The notes under the pieces are model-generated. The model did no database searches. It saw only the letters and a program-made list of their open reading frames with translations, and was not told the DNA's origin. A DNA stretch of 64,000 bases from an uncultured virus (IMG/VR IMGVR_UViG_3300030380_002827). Its lineage: Duplodnaviria; Heunggongvirae; Uroviricota; Caudoviricetes. Position 1 is the first letter of the stretch. Every line of letters starts with the position of its first letter. Position numbers and translations under genes: made by a program. The stretch is from IMG/VR virus record IMGVR_UViG_3300030380_002827. One strand, 5' to 3'. This document shows positions 1 to 7,998 of the stretch, piece after piece.

Positions 1-308
1 AGACGGCCGTACTTGCCAACGCCACCGACAAGTTCAGTACGGATAATGAGATCATCATCACCAGCCACAGCCGTCTGGAGTTTCTCTTTGAGCCAATTCG
101 TCGCATCAATTCCAAGAGCTTTCTCCTCTTTGTCTCTAGTTCTTTTCTCAGGTGTGTCAACACCAGCGACCCTAACTCTTTCTTTCTTTGTCAGATCAAA
201 TCCAAGGTCAATAGTAACGTCAATAGTATCTCCATCAACTACTCTATTAATTTTCGTCACTCGGAAGTTGTAACAACTCTTCCGTGACGGTGGGGTCATT
301 GCTCCCAT
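1..308 (-). CDS. Thermonuclease (SNase-like) family protein, truncated at window edge
   Basis: Manual translation from ATG at 308: MGAMTPPSRKSCYNFRVTKINRVVDGDTIDVTIDLGFD...RVRVAGVDTPEKRT...GKYGRL. The VDGDT, GVDTPE and KYGR motifs are SNase hallmarks. Not in the ORF track because it runs off the window. Confidence 0.85.
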   Translation of the reverse strand, partial: MGAMTPPSRKSCYNFRVTKINRVVDGDTIDVTIDLGFDLTKKERVRVAGVDTPEKRTRDKEEKALGIDATNWLKEKLQTAVAGDDDLIIRTELVGGVGKYGR

Positions 309-498
309 AGTAAAACTCCATCAGTGCTTTATTTATGGAGTCTTCTGGGGAAGTTCTCCATCGTTTCCGCCTTTCATTTCTTGCGTCTTCAAACGCTTCA
401 TAAAGTTGATCGTATAGATCATTCTCCACTATCGGACCCGCCATGACTGGCATGGCTGTCATGAGAGTGAGCAAAATCATTCGGAACAAAATGGTCAT
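247..498 (-). CDS. Hypothetical protein
   Basis: 83-aa ORF in the minus-strand gene array; start uncertain; overlaps both neighbours. Confidence 0.5.
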   Translation of the reverse strand: MTILFRMILLTLMTAMPVMAGPIVENDLYDQLYEAFEDARNERRKRWRTSPEDSINKALMEFYYGSNDPTVTEELLQLPSDEN

Positions 499-577
499 AT
501 CTTATAATATAGTAGATTAAAATAGAAACTGCAACCAGCAGTATAACAATCATCCATATAATACTCCAGACTATCAT
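419..577 (-). CDS. Small membrane protein (52 aa)
   Basis: Manual translation MIVWSIIWMIVILLVAVSILIYYIIRYDHFVPNDFAHSHDSHASHGGSDSGE; ATGA overlap with the stop of 574..852. Confidence 0.55.
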   Translation of the reverse strand: MIVWSIIWMIVILLVAVSILIYYIIRYDHFVPNDFAHSHDSHASHGGSDSGE

Positions 578-852
578 AGTATTGATCTCAATATGAACTC
601 TTTAGTTAGTATAGGATGACCAAATAGATCTAACTGTAATCCATCTACATCCTCTTTTTTAATACCTTCGTTCTTTCTCGCATGTTCCCAGTAATATGTG
701 CCATCTTCTCTGCAATATAACCAGCTAGTGTCGTGTGAACTGGGTGTGAAGACTGCAATAACTCTTGGGTATCTTGGTTCTGGATTTCTTTCATAAACAA
801 CCCCTTGAGGGGAACGATAAAACTTAGGATCAATCTCTTTGTCGCCAGTCAT
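574..852 (-). CDS. Hypothetical protein
   Basis: 92-aa ORF tightly coupled to neighbours. Confidence 0.65.
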   Translation of the reverse strand: MTGDKEIDPKFYRSPQGVVYERNPEPRYPRVIAVFTPSSHDTSWLYCREDGTYYWEHARKNEGIKKEDVDGLQLDLFGHPILTKEFILRSIL

Positions 853-1129
853 CTGATCTCTCTTGATGGAACCAGTCTACGATCTCGTCTGGTGAACCGA
901 AACCCCTACGGTGGTTACTTGAATCGGGGTCTCCTATATTCAAGTTATTCAGAAAAGAATCATTTGGATTCTGTGTCATTCTTCTAGCCTGTTGTAACAT
1001 CCCTCTTGCTGAGGTGTTTGCTTTTGCTAATTTCTGAGCCCATATCATATCATCTATGCTGACTTCTGTTCCTGATGCAATGTCTTTGCATATTGCTTCC
1101 AAACGGAGACGATATTGAGTTGATAACAT
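830..1129 (-). CDS. Conserved cyanophage hypothetical protein
   Basis: MLSTQYRLRLEAICKDIA...DWRQRD resembles a family recurrent in cyanomyoviruses (from memory). Confidence 0.7.
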   Translation of the reverse strand: MLSTQYRLRLEAICKDIASGTEVSIDDMIWAQKLAKANTSARGMLQQARRMTQNPNDSFLNNLNIGDPDSSNHRRGFGSPDEIVDWFHQERSDDWRQRD

Positions 1130-1182
1130 TTACTAATAATAATGATAATTATATACTATCTATCAACTTTATATTTCTTTTA

Positions 1183-1686
1183 TTATCCTATTAGATTCAT
1201 TGCCTCCTTTAATTCTCTTGCATGTTCCAATTCATCTTGTGCGATCTCTTGTATCTTTTTATCTTCTGGGTGTACACTTAAGTATTTTGTGTAAGTTTCA
1301 AATGCGTGCTTCTCAATCTTCATGTTGATGTCGTAAGCGTCCACAGGATCAATGAGATAATACCCAACCATGATCCAATAATAAACCAAAACAAGATGCT
1401 TGGCAAAGAAACGGTCGATCCAATGTTTATTTCCCTCCCTACGTTCCATCTCTTCCAAATGCTCTGTTTCATTGAGTGCCTGATAGAAGTGTTCTTTCAT
1501 CAAGTATATATGATCATCACCCCTGAGTCCAAGGGATTCACGAAAATGTAACACACTGATAAATGCAAAATAGGGTGCTCTTGCTATGACTTCCAACACC
1601 CAGAATCTTTGAAAAGGTCTGTTGCGGTAAAGGAAGTCAAGGATTGATATGGTTACACTTAATACGATTGTATTAAATTGTTTCAT
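1183..1686 (-). CDS. ptox: Plastoquinol terminal oxidase (PTOX, alternative oxidase family)
   Basis: RFWVLEVIARAPYFAFISVLH, NETEHL, IEKHAFETY and DELEHA diiron motifs; 167 aa, typical of picocyanobacterial and phage PTOX. Confidence 0.93.
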   Translation of the reverse strand: MKQFNTIVLSVTISILDFLYRNRPFQRFWVLEVIARAPYFAFISVLHFRESLGLRGDDHIYLMKEHFYQALNETEHLEEMERREGNKHWIDRFFAKHLVLVYYWIMVGYYLIDPVDAYDINMKIEKHAFETYTKYLSVHPEDKKIQEIAQDELEHARELKEAMNLIG

Positions 1687-1775
1687 AATGCGTAGGCAAT
1701 TTGTGGTAAGTAAATAATAGCTACTGTAATTGTTCCTAATATGATTATAGTGGATGCTATCGGTAAACTTTTCAT
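1683..1775 (-). CDS. Micro membrane protein (30 aa)
   Basis: MKSLPIASTIIILGTITVAIIYLPQIAYAL; ATGA overlaps at both ends couple it to ptox and to the upstream ORF. Confidence 0.6.
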   Translation of the reverse strand: MKSLPIASTIIILGTITVAIIYLPQIAYAL

Positions 1776-1957
1776 TTTACCTCCTTAATAAAATCCAAAG
1801 AAAAAGGATGTTCCTGTAGATAGGGAACATCCTCTCTTGCGTTTCTTGCTGCTTCAAATGCGTCTGAAGCATATTCACCAATTTCATGGTGTTCGTTCTT
1901 TTGGTCGTGCCAACCTAGTGTGTAATGGGACATGATAGTTTCAACTCCATTCATCAC
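1772..1957 (-). CDS. Hypothetical protein (likely start at MSHYTLGW)
   Basis: ORF track; TATAAT and ATAAATA boxes just upstream. Confidence 0.65.
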   Translation of the reverse strand: MMNGVETIMSHYTLGWHDQKNEHHEIGEYASDAFEAARNAREDVPYLQEHPFSLDFIKEVK

Positions 1958-2015
1958 TATTTATTATACCACACTAAGTATAAACCACTAGTTATGTGTG
2001 GACTCACTGACTATA

Positions 2016-2276
2016 TCAGGATACGTTGAAAGCGATCTTTGTTACCTTTACATCACCACCATTTGCGGATGCACTAAGTTTATCTGTACCATCTTTATCT
2101 ACCTGTGCAGACTGATTAGAAGGCAAAGTGAAACTACCAATACCAACGTCATTGGCATCAGATCTTATGATTACAACTGCAGCACCATTAGTGTTCACAA
2201 TGTGAACCGCCTTTGCTAAACTCACATTAGTTGCAGACGCTAAGGTGGTCTGTGGTGCCATTGGTTTAATTAACAT
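2016..2276 (-). CDS. Hypothetical late protein
   Basis: 86-aa beta-rich ORF; CTAAATA late-promoter box at 2301-2307. Confidence 0.7.
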   Translation of the reverse strand: MLIKPMAPQTTLASATNVSLAKAVHIVNTNGAAVVIIRSDANDVGIGSFTLPSNQSAQVDKDGTDKLSASANGGDVKVTKIAFNVS

Positions 2277-2282
2277 GGTTCT

Positions 2283-4031
2283 TTAGTAACCTCTCTTATA
2301 TTTAGCGGATTCATCTTCTGGGTTGATGATGATTGTATTTTTACCACTCATAGGTTTGATTTCTTTTACCTTATCTGGATACTTCTTATCTATCTCCCAT
2401 AGAAATTCTTCACGCCAATCAGAGTATGACTCATTCTTTTGCTTAAGTTTGTTGATTGCTCTTTCTCTCGCTTCATCCTCCTTCATCTGTTTATAGGTTC
2501 TCATTTTTCTCCTACCCATTCTCTTTGCTTCCTGTTCTGCTTTGATGAAGTTAGTTGCCTCCTTGACTTCTGTTTTTTTAGGTCTTCCTTGTGTGGTTTT
2601 CTTAGTTTTGTTCTCAGGTTTTTGGGCATTATATGCAGCTTGTGCTTTCCTATATCCCGCTTCATCACCTTTGTAACTTCTTACGTTAGGTCTCTTAAGT
2701 TTCTGTTCTTTTGGTTTCTCTTCTTTTTTCTTGGGTACTGTTGTGGCCTTGACAGTGATTGCCTTACTTTGTGGAGTCGCATCATCTTTCTTTCCTTGTT
2801 TCCTCATTGCAGACATCAATCTATCTGCGCCTGCATCAGCCTTCTTCCTTCTCTTACTTTCTTTTTCGGCCGCTGAGATAGCTCCCTTCACTATAGGAGA
2901 ATCGGTCTCTCCACCTTTCTTATCAGTGGATGTAAGTTTAGGTTGATCGGGTTTAGAACCAGTAAGTTTTTTATTCTTCTTTGGAAATAGTTTATCGAAG
3001 TTTTTCTTCGCTTCATCCGATGCTGATCCTGTTGTTGCTACTTTTCCGCCTGGAGATCTTACAATACTACCACCCTTAATAGATTCTCCAGAGTCTTTCT
3101 CTACCTGTTTCCTAGCAGCATCGTCTTTTGATGCTACCTTCTCTTGTTTCTTGACTATTTTATTATCAGGCGATGTATTGAACTTCTTCAGCGCCGTAGA
3201 GTCTATACTCTGTTGTGGTGACTTGGATGTTACATTACTGGTTTGTTTCCTTGGTTTTTCTTTATACTGTCTATACTTATCCTCTGCCGTCTTTCTTGCA
3301 TCTTGTCTCCTTTTCTGACCTTCTCTATATCTTTTTTCTTGCTTAACCTCAGGCTTAACAGCATCACCTGTGATAGTCCTACCGCCTGTAGTTTTTACTG
3401 TTTTATCCTTAACTCCAAGTGCTTTCTTTCCTATTGATTTGACAGCTTTACCTAGTAAACTACTTACTCCAGTTGAACCAGTTTTACCAGTTTGTTGTCC
3501 TGATCCTGTAACTTTACTTCTCTTTGGTAAATCTTGTTGTTCTTGTTCTTTCTTTTTCCTTTTGTAAGCATCAATACCACCAGCCACGGTAGCTCTACCT
3601 CTACGAGCAAGAGCTCTCATGTTAGTTCCAAGTCCAGTTCCAGTGGTTGCATCCTCTGTATCTGGTCTGAATTTTGCAAATCCTGCTACAGTTCCGCCTG
3701 CTGCGGAAAGTTTTCTTTGTCCTGACTTAGATCCTGCAGCGGCAGCGGCTTTTGCCTTATTCCTATCCAAAGTTGCCTGTATTCCAGGCTTCTTTGATCC
3801 ATCAGATCTTCTATATCCAGGCCTCTGAGGCCTCTGAGGAATACTAGGAGCCTTCGATGGGGTGGCACCACCCTCCATGTTCCTTGGAGGTACAGGAGAT
3901 CTAGCTCCTTGAGTGGTGGAATTAGTAGTAACTTGAGTTTTATTCTTTTGGGCAAAACGTTTTGAGACATCCACCCCAACAATCTCAGTTATTGGAGACT
4001 GTTCATATTCAAATTGTTCAAAGCTTTTCAT
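2283..4031 (-). CDS. Lys-rich low-complexity protein, probable internal virion protein
   Basis: 582 aa, rich in K/G/S/A; N-terminus MKSFEQFEYE resembles the T4 capsid-targeting sequence. Confidence 0.7.
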   Translation of the reverse strand: MKSFEQFEYEQSPITEIVGVDVSKRFAQKNKTQVTTNSTTQGARSPVPPRNMEGGATPSKAPSIPQRPQRPGYRRSDGSKKPGIQATLDRNKAKAAAAAGSKSGQRKLSAAGGTVAGFAKFRPDTEDATTGTGLGTNMRALARRGRATVAGGIDAYKRKKKEQEQQDLPKRSKVTGSGQQTGKTGSTGVSSLLGKAVKSIGKKALGVKDKTVKTTGGRTITGDAVKPEVKQEKRYREGQKRRQDARKTAEDKYRQYKEKPRKQTSNVTSKSPQQSIDSTALKKFNTSPDNKIVKKQEKVASKDDAARKQVEKDSGESIKGGSIVRSPGGKVATTGSASDEAKKNFDKLFPKKNKKLTGSKPDQPKLTSTDKKGGETDSPIVKGAISAAEKESKRRKKADAGADRLMSAMRKQGKKDDATPQSKAITVKATTVPKKKEEKPKEQKLKRPNVRSYKGDEAGYRKAQAAYNAQKPENKTKKTTQGRPKKTEVKEATNFIKAEQEAKRMGRRKMRTYKQMKEDEARERAINKLKQKNESYSDWREEFLWEIDKKYPDKVKEIKPMSGKNTIIINPEDESAKYKRGY

Positions 4032-4038
4032 GTGTATC

Positions 4039-4875
4039 CTACTTTTGGATGGATTTGTGTGCCTTAAAAATGGAACTTGCGTGTTTTTCGATTACCTCTT
4101 CTGAGATAGTTTCTTCTACTTCTTCCTCTGGTTTTGAGAATACAACTGGACTCTTGACATTGAAACTCTCGTTCTTGGGACGGCAATCATTTACCAGTTT
4201 ACCACCTTTCATTTTCATACCCACCTTCTTATGGGTGTCCCAACAATCCTTTGCTTTACCCTCTTCAATCTCAACTTCTACCTCTTCTTTCTTCATCGCC
4301 TTTCCGATTGCCTTACGACGATTCTTAAGGTATGAATCAGAATCATCTACATCACCATCATTATCGACATCATCATCTTCTTTTCCGACTGGATCTAATT
4401 TCTTTTTCTTTTTCTTTCCTTCCTCTAAAGGAGATACTTTATACCTAGTACCAGACATCTCTCCAAGAGTAGTAAGGTTTGCTGCAACCTGATCCCAGAG
4501 TCTATCTACCAGTTTCTCATCTGGATTACCTAGTGGTTCTGGAGTAACAACATCAGTAATCTCATGAGTTAAATTACCATCTGCATCATGCAATTCAACA
4601 GATTCAGCGTTGTTTAATTGACCTTTCCCTCTGATCTTATCAGCGACATTACCGACTGTACTAGCAACATTAGCAACCTTCCCTACAGTACTGGCAACCT
4701 TTCCTACCTTACTAGCAACAGCCATTCCCTTAGCGAGCAAGGGGGCAACAGCTAGAGGTGCGAGCTCATCTATTTGTTCTTTATCATCATGCTCGATGAC
4801 TTTACCATCAGCATCTTTTTGATGATGTTCATACATTGACTTATAAGCGTCAACCAGTTTTGAGTCGTCAGTCAT
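4039..4875 (-). CDS. Modular probable internal virion protein
   Basis: 278 aa; short modules separated by Glu-rich linkers; ATAAATA box at 4911-4917. Confidence 0.7.
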   Translation of the reverse strand: MTDDSKLVDAYKSMYEHHQKDADGKVIEHDDKEQIDELAPLAVAPLLAKGMAVASKVGKVASTVGKVANVASTVGNVADKIRGKGQLNNAESVELHDADGNLTHEITDVVTPEPLGNPDEKLVDRLWDQVAANLTTLGEMSGTRYKVSPLEEGKKKKKKLDPVGKEDDDVDNDGDVDDSDSYLKNRRKAIGKAMKKEEVEVEIEEGKAKDCWDTHKKVGMKMKGGKLVNDCRPKNESFNVKSPVVFSKPEEEVEETISEEVIEKHASSIFKAHKSIQK

Positions 4876-4913
4876 GGTGGTAAATTAATTAGATAGTCCT
4901 TGTCTATCCTTAT

Positions 4914-6281
4914 TTATCCCTTTCCAACCTTATAAGGTATAGATGTATCATTATACTTTGTGCCAGGTCCACTAGCAGGGTCATTAGGATTCTTAACCTT
5001 CTTACCATCATAGTAAGACCCAGTGGTGATTGGTTTTATAATTGGATCATCATTCCACTTTTTATCACCTTGGCCTGGTGTCATTCTCTGCATGTATTGT
5101 CTATACTCATCCGTGCCTACATCATATGCCTCTGTCAAATCTTTCAACCATGCTTTGTACATAGTAGACTCTGGAGTTTGTACGATAACATGATTCGCAC
5201 CTCTCCTAGTAATTCTACCCCTGACTCCAGTGTTTACATTCTCTACTAATGATCCTACTTTGAAACATTGTTCTTTTAGATATGCAACTCTTAGTCCAAA
5301 AGGATCTAGTTTAGGTGCATACTGCCATGTCTCAGAGGATAATGATCCTCTAAGTTGATCATCAGTGGCTCCCATAGATTTTTGGATAAGGTTGAAGAGA
5401 TTCTTCTTCTCCATATTACCTAAGTTAGGGATACCCTTTGCAAACCCTTTGAAGTCATCCTTTGCTACTGCATCTCTCATCTTAGATGCAGACATACCCT
5501 CAATACCTTCGGAATCTGGGTCTCTTGCACCAGCAGATATGACTTGAAGATCCTCAAATTCGTACAAATCACCATTATATTTTTGTGCAAGACTCTGGAA
5601 TTCAGATAGTCTATCCTGTCCTACAACTATTGTTATTGCTTTGTATCCTAGATTGAAGGCACCTGTAAGAACATCAAATATAGTTCTTGCATTAGGATCA
5701 TCTTTGATATCCTCTTCATAATCTGGGAACATCTTCCTCATATATTCTATCTTCGCACCAGGCTGTAGAGGATTCTTCTTAGAATCTACACTACGACTTG
5801 GATATACCTTCAAGTCATATCCTAATCTACCAGCTTCTGCAGCTGCTTTGTCTAATAATTTTTGATGACCTACGGTTGGTGGGTTGAATCTACCAAATAC
5901 AACTACTGCACCTTCACTAGTAGGTGCTCCCATTACCTCTGCTGTCTGTTGATCAGATTCACCAGGCTCAGGTGATTTAGTTGCGGTAGCAGAAGGATCC
6001 TCCTTTGGTTTTGGTTTTGGAGCGGGTGCAACTGCAGCAGGTGCTTTCTTCTGAGCAGTGGGTTTTTCTGGTGTGGCCACCTTAGTAGATTTTGGATCCT
6101 CGGTCTCGGCCGCACCTCCTCCTCCTGTGTATTTAAGTTTACCGTTTACTGTCTTTGCTACAAAATTTCCTTTGGCATCATACCATCCTCCATGACCGTC
6201 GCCCTTTAATCCCTTGAGTTTAGCCTCAGTGGATGCAGCAGTCTTTACAGCTTCTGTTAAAAATTGACCGAAGGATTTCAC
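4914..6281 (-). CDS. HxGH-superfamily nucleotidyltransferase (cyanophage cytidyltransferase-like)
   Basis: VVVFGRFNPPTVGHQKL and GMSASKMR motifs; probable GTG start at 6281 (track gives TTG at 6290); ATAAATA box at 6307-6313. Confidence 0.85.
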   Translation of the reverse strand: MKSFGQFLTEAVKTAASTEAKLKGLKGDGHGGWYDAKGNFVAKTVNGKLKYTGGGGAAETEDPKSTKVATPEKPTAQKKAPAAVAPAPKPKPKEDPSATATKSPEPGESDQQTAEVMGAPTSEGAVVVFGRFNPPTVGHQKLLDKAAAEAGRLGYDLKVYPSRSVDSKKNPLQPGAKIEYMRKMFPDYEEDIKDDPNARTIFDVLTGAFNLGYKAITIVVGQDRLSEFQSLAQKYNGDLYEFEDLQVISAGARDPDSEGIEGMSASKMRDAVAKDDFKGFAKGIPNLGNMEKKNLFNLIQKSMGATDDQLRGSLSSETWQYAPKLDPFGLRVAYLKEQCFKVGSLVENVNTGVRGRITRRGANHVIVQTPESTMYKAWLKDLTEAYDVGTDEYRQYMQRMTPGQGDKKWNDDPIIKPITTGSYYDGKKVKNPNDPASGPGTKYNDTSIPYKVGKG

Positions 6282-6317
6282 AAAATTCAATAGACGAGTA
6301 CAGTTTTATTTATTCCA

Positions 6318-7577
6318 TTAAGAAATTTTGTTAAATTTGACAGCAAGGTTCTGGAATTGTCCCATCTTGTGCATTGCACCTACCTTGTTAGTCCTAGTGG
6401 TGAAAGCCATTGACATGACTGAACCATCACTCAATACAATATTGAAATCTTGTTTACCACTACCCGCTTGTGCCCTTACACTTGTCACCGCAGATAAGGC
6501 AGCAGATAATTTTTCATTAGTATTATCTAAACTCGCATCAGTTTCTGTAGCCTTTACTGTTATTGCTGGAGTCTTAAACCCTGAGTATGCAATCTTTTGA
6601 GTAATATATTTTTTTGCCATAGTAAAATTACTATTGAAAAGATTGATTATCTCTTGTCGTACAATACTTAAATTAGAATCATATAGTCTATTATACTCAG
6701 CCTCATTCTCCTGTTCAAATTGAAAAGTCTTTAGTGCCAATTTTGATGTTCCCCAGAAAGCATAGTCAGACTTATCAATACCCTCTATAGATTCATAGTT
6801 TGGCCATAGTTTATCTTTGATTGCATTGTAAGCAGTCTGTTCACCAAAGAAATCAAATATTGGTTTTACATATGTGTTCAACTTAGGTTCGGCAGATTTT
6901 GCGGTTCCAGCCTTCAAACTGATACCTAACATACCACCATTTCTATACTGAACAAAAATATCGCCTGGATGACTTCCCTCTACACCACTTGGTTTTGCTC
7001 TGTATCCCCAGTAACATTGTGCAATAGGATGTTTTGCACTATGAGATCTCAACCATTTTGTTATATTCTTTGCGTTTGTTACTTTTGTTTGAAATGATCC
7101 GTTCTCTGCCTGATCTATAAACTTCTTTCCAGCAGCTGCGTCCTGTGATGTCAGGTAGTATGCAGCACTAGGATTGTTTGCTTTTCTAATTGCTTGATAA
7201 AAATCCTTTACTGATAGATTAGGACTGATATTATTCATGAAAGCAATACATGGAAACAGTTCCGTCATGGAAGAGTTCAACGTTGTCATTGACATACCAC
7301 CCTTTCTGGGCTTGTATATAAACGTCAAAATAGTTCCGTCACTCATCCTTACACAGGATACAGGAACGGAACTAATAGATTTCTGTTCGTTATAAACTCT
7401 GCCTAGTCTTGATAGAAGTCCTTCTACATCTGATTTAGTTCTATCTCTGTCATCAGATTTCACAACATAAGTGACTTGTTTAGAAGTTGCACCTTTTACT
7501 TCAACATCCCTATCAGGAATATTAATCTCTTGTAAGATCTGATTTAGTTGTAATACTTCTTCAGCAGTTCTAGCCAT
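6318..7577 (-). CDS. Putative PD-(D/E)xK nuclease-fold protein
   Basis: 419 aa with HPGDIFVQY...GISLKAG; CTAAATA box at 7591-7597. Confidence 0.55.
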   Translation of the reverse strand: MARTAEEVLQLNQILQEINIPDRDVEVKGATSKQVTYVVKSDDRDRTKSDVEGLLSRLGRVYNEQKSISSVPVSCVRMSDGTILTFIYKPRKGGMSMTTLNSSMTELFPCIAFMNNISPNLSVKDFYQAIRKANNPSAAYYLTSQDAAAGKKFIDQAENGSFQTKVTNAKNITKWLRSHSAKHPIAQCYWGYRAKPSGVEGSHPGDIFVQYRNGGMLGISLKAGTAKSAEPKLNTYVKPIFDFFGEQTAYNAIKDKLWPNYESIEGIDKSDYAFWGTSKLALKTFQFEQENEAEYNRLYDSNLSIVRQEIINLFNSNFTMAKKYITQKIAYSGFKTPAITVKATETDASLDNTNEKLSAALSAVTSVRAQAGSGKQDFNIVLSDGSVMSMAFTTRTNKVGAMHKMGQFQNLAVKFNKIS

Positions 7578-7593
7578 GAGTTTTTGATACTAT

Positions 7594-7998
7594 TTAGAGG
7601 TCTCCCTCCTGTCTATTCTCAGAATAGAATACATCAAAACTACCGCCTGGGTATCTCTTTTCCAGTTTCTTAACATTGGTTGCAATTACATCATCAAATG
7701 AAATGTCCAAAGCCATACAAGCGTTTGCAACATACCACATGATATCACCTAGTTCTGTTACAAGATGATGTTTGTTTGCACCATTCCAAGGCTTTCCTTG
7801 AAACACCATCTTCTTTACAATCTCAGTGAACTCACCCGCTTCAGCAGACATACCTACTGCAGCAGTCAAAAGTCTTTCAATGTTCGCACCCTGTCCATCC
7901 AACTCAACCATACGGTCAGCGAGATTAACAAAGTCTTTGGAAGCGTCAGAGGTTACGGCATCTACGAATGTCTCGTACCTTTTAAAATCAATAGTCAT
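7594..7998 (-). CDS. mazG: MazG-like nucleotide pyrophosphohydrolase
   Basis: GMSAEAGEFTEIVKK...ELGDIMWYVA...NVKKLEKRYP. Confidence 0.92.
   Translation of the reverse strand: MTIDFKRYETFVDAVTSDASKDFVNLADRMVELDGQGANIERLLTAAVGMSAEAGEFTEIVKKMVFQGKPWNGANKHHLVTELGDIMWYVANACMALDISFDDVIATNVKKLEKRYPGGSFDVFYSENRQEGDL

Noticed and set aside
3821..3840. Short tandem repeat GCCTCTGAG
   Set aside because: Two copies encoding QRPQRP in a low-complexity protein; too short to be meaningful
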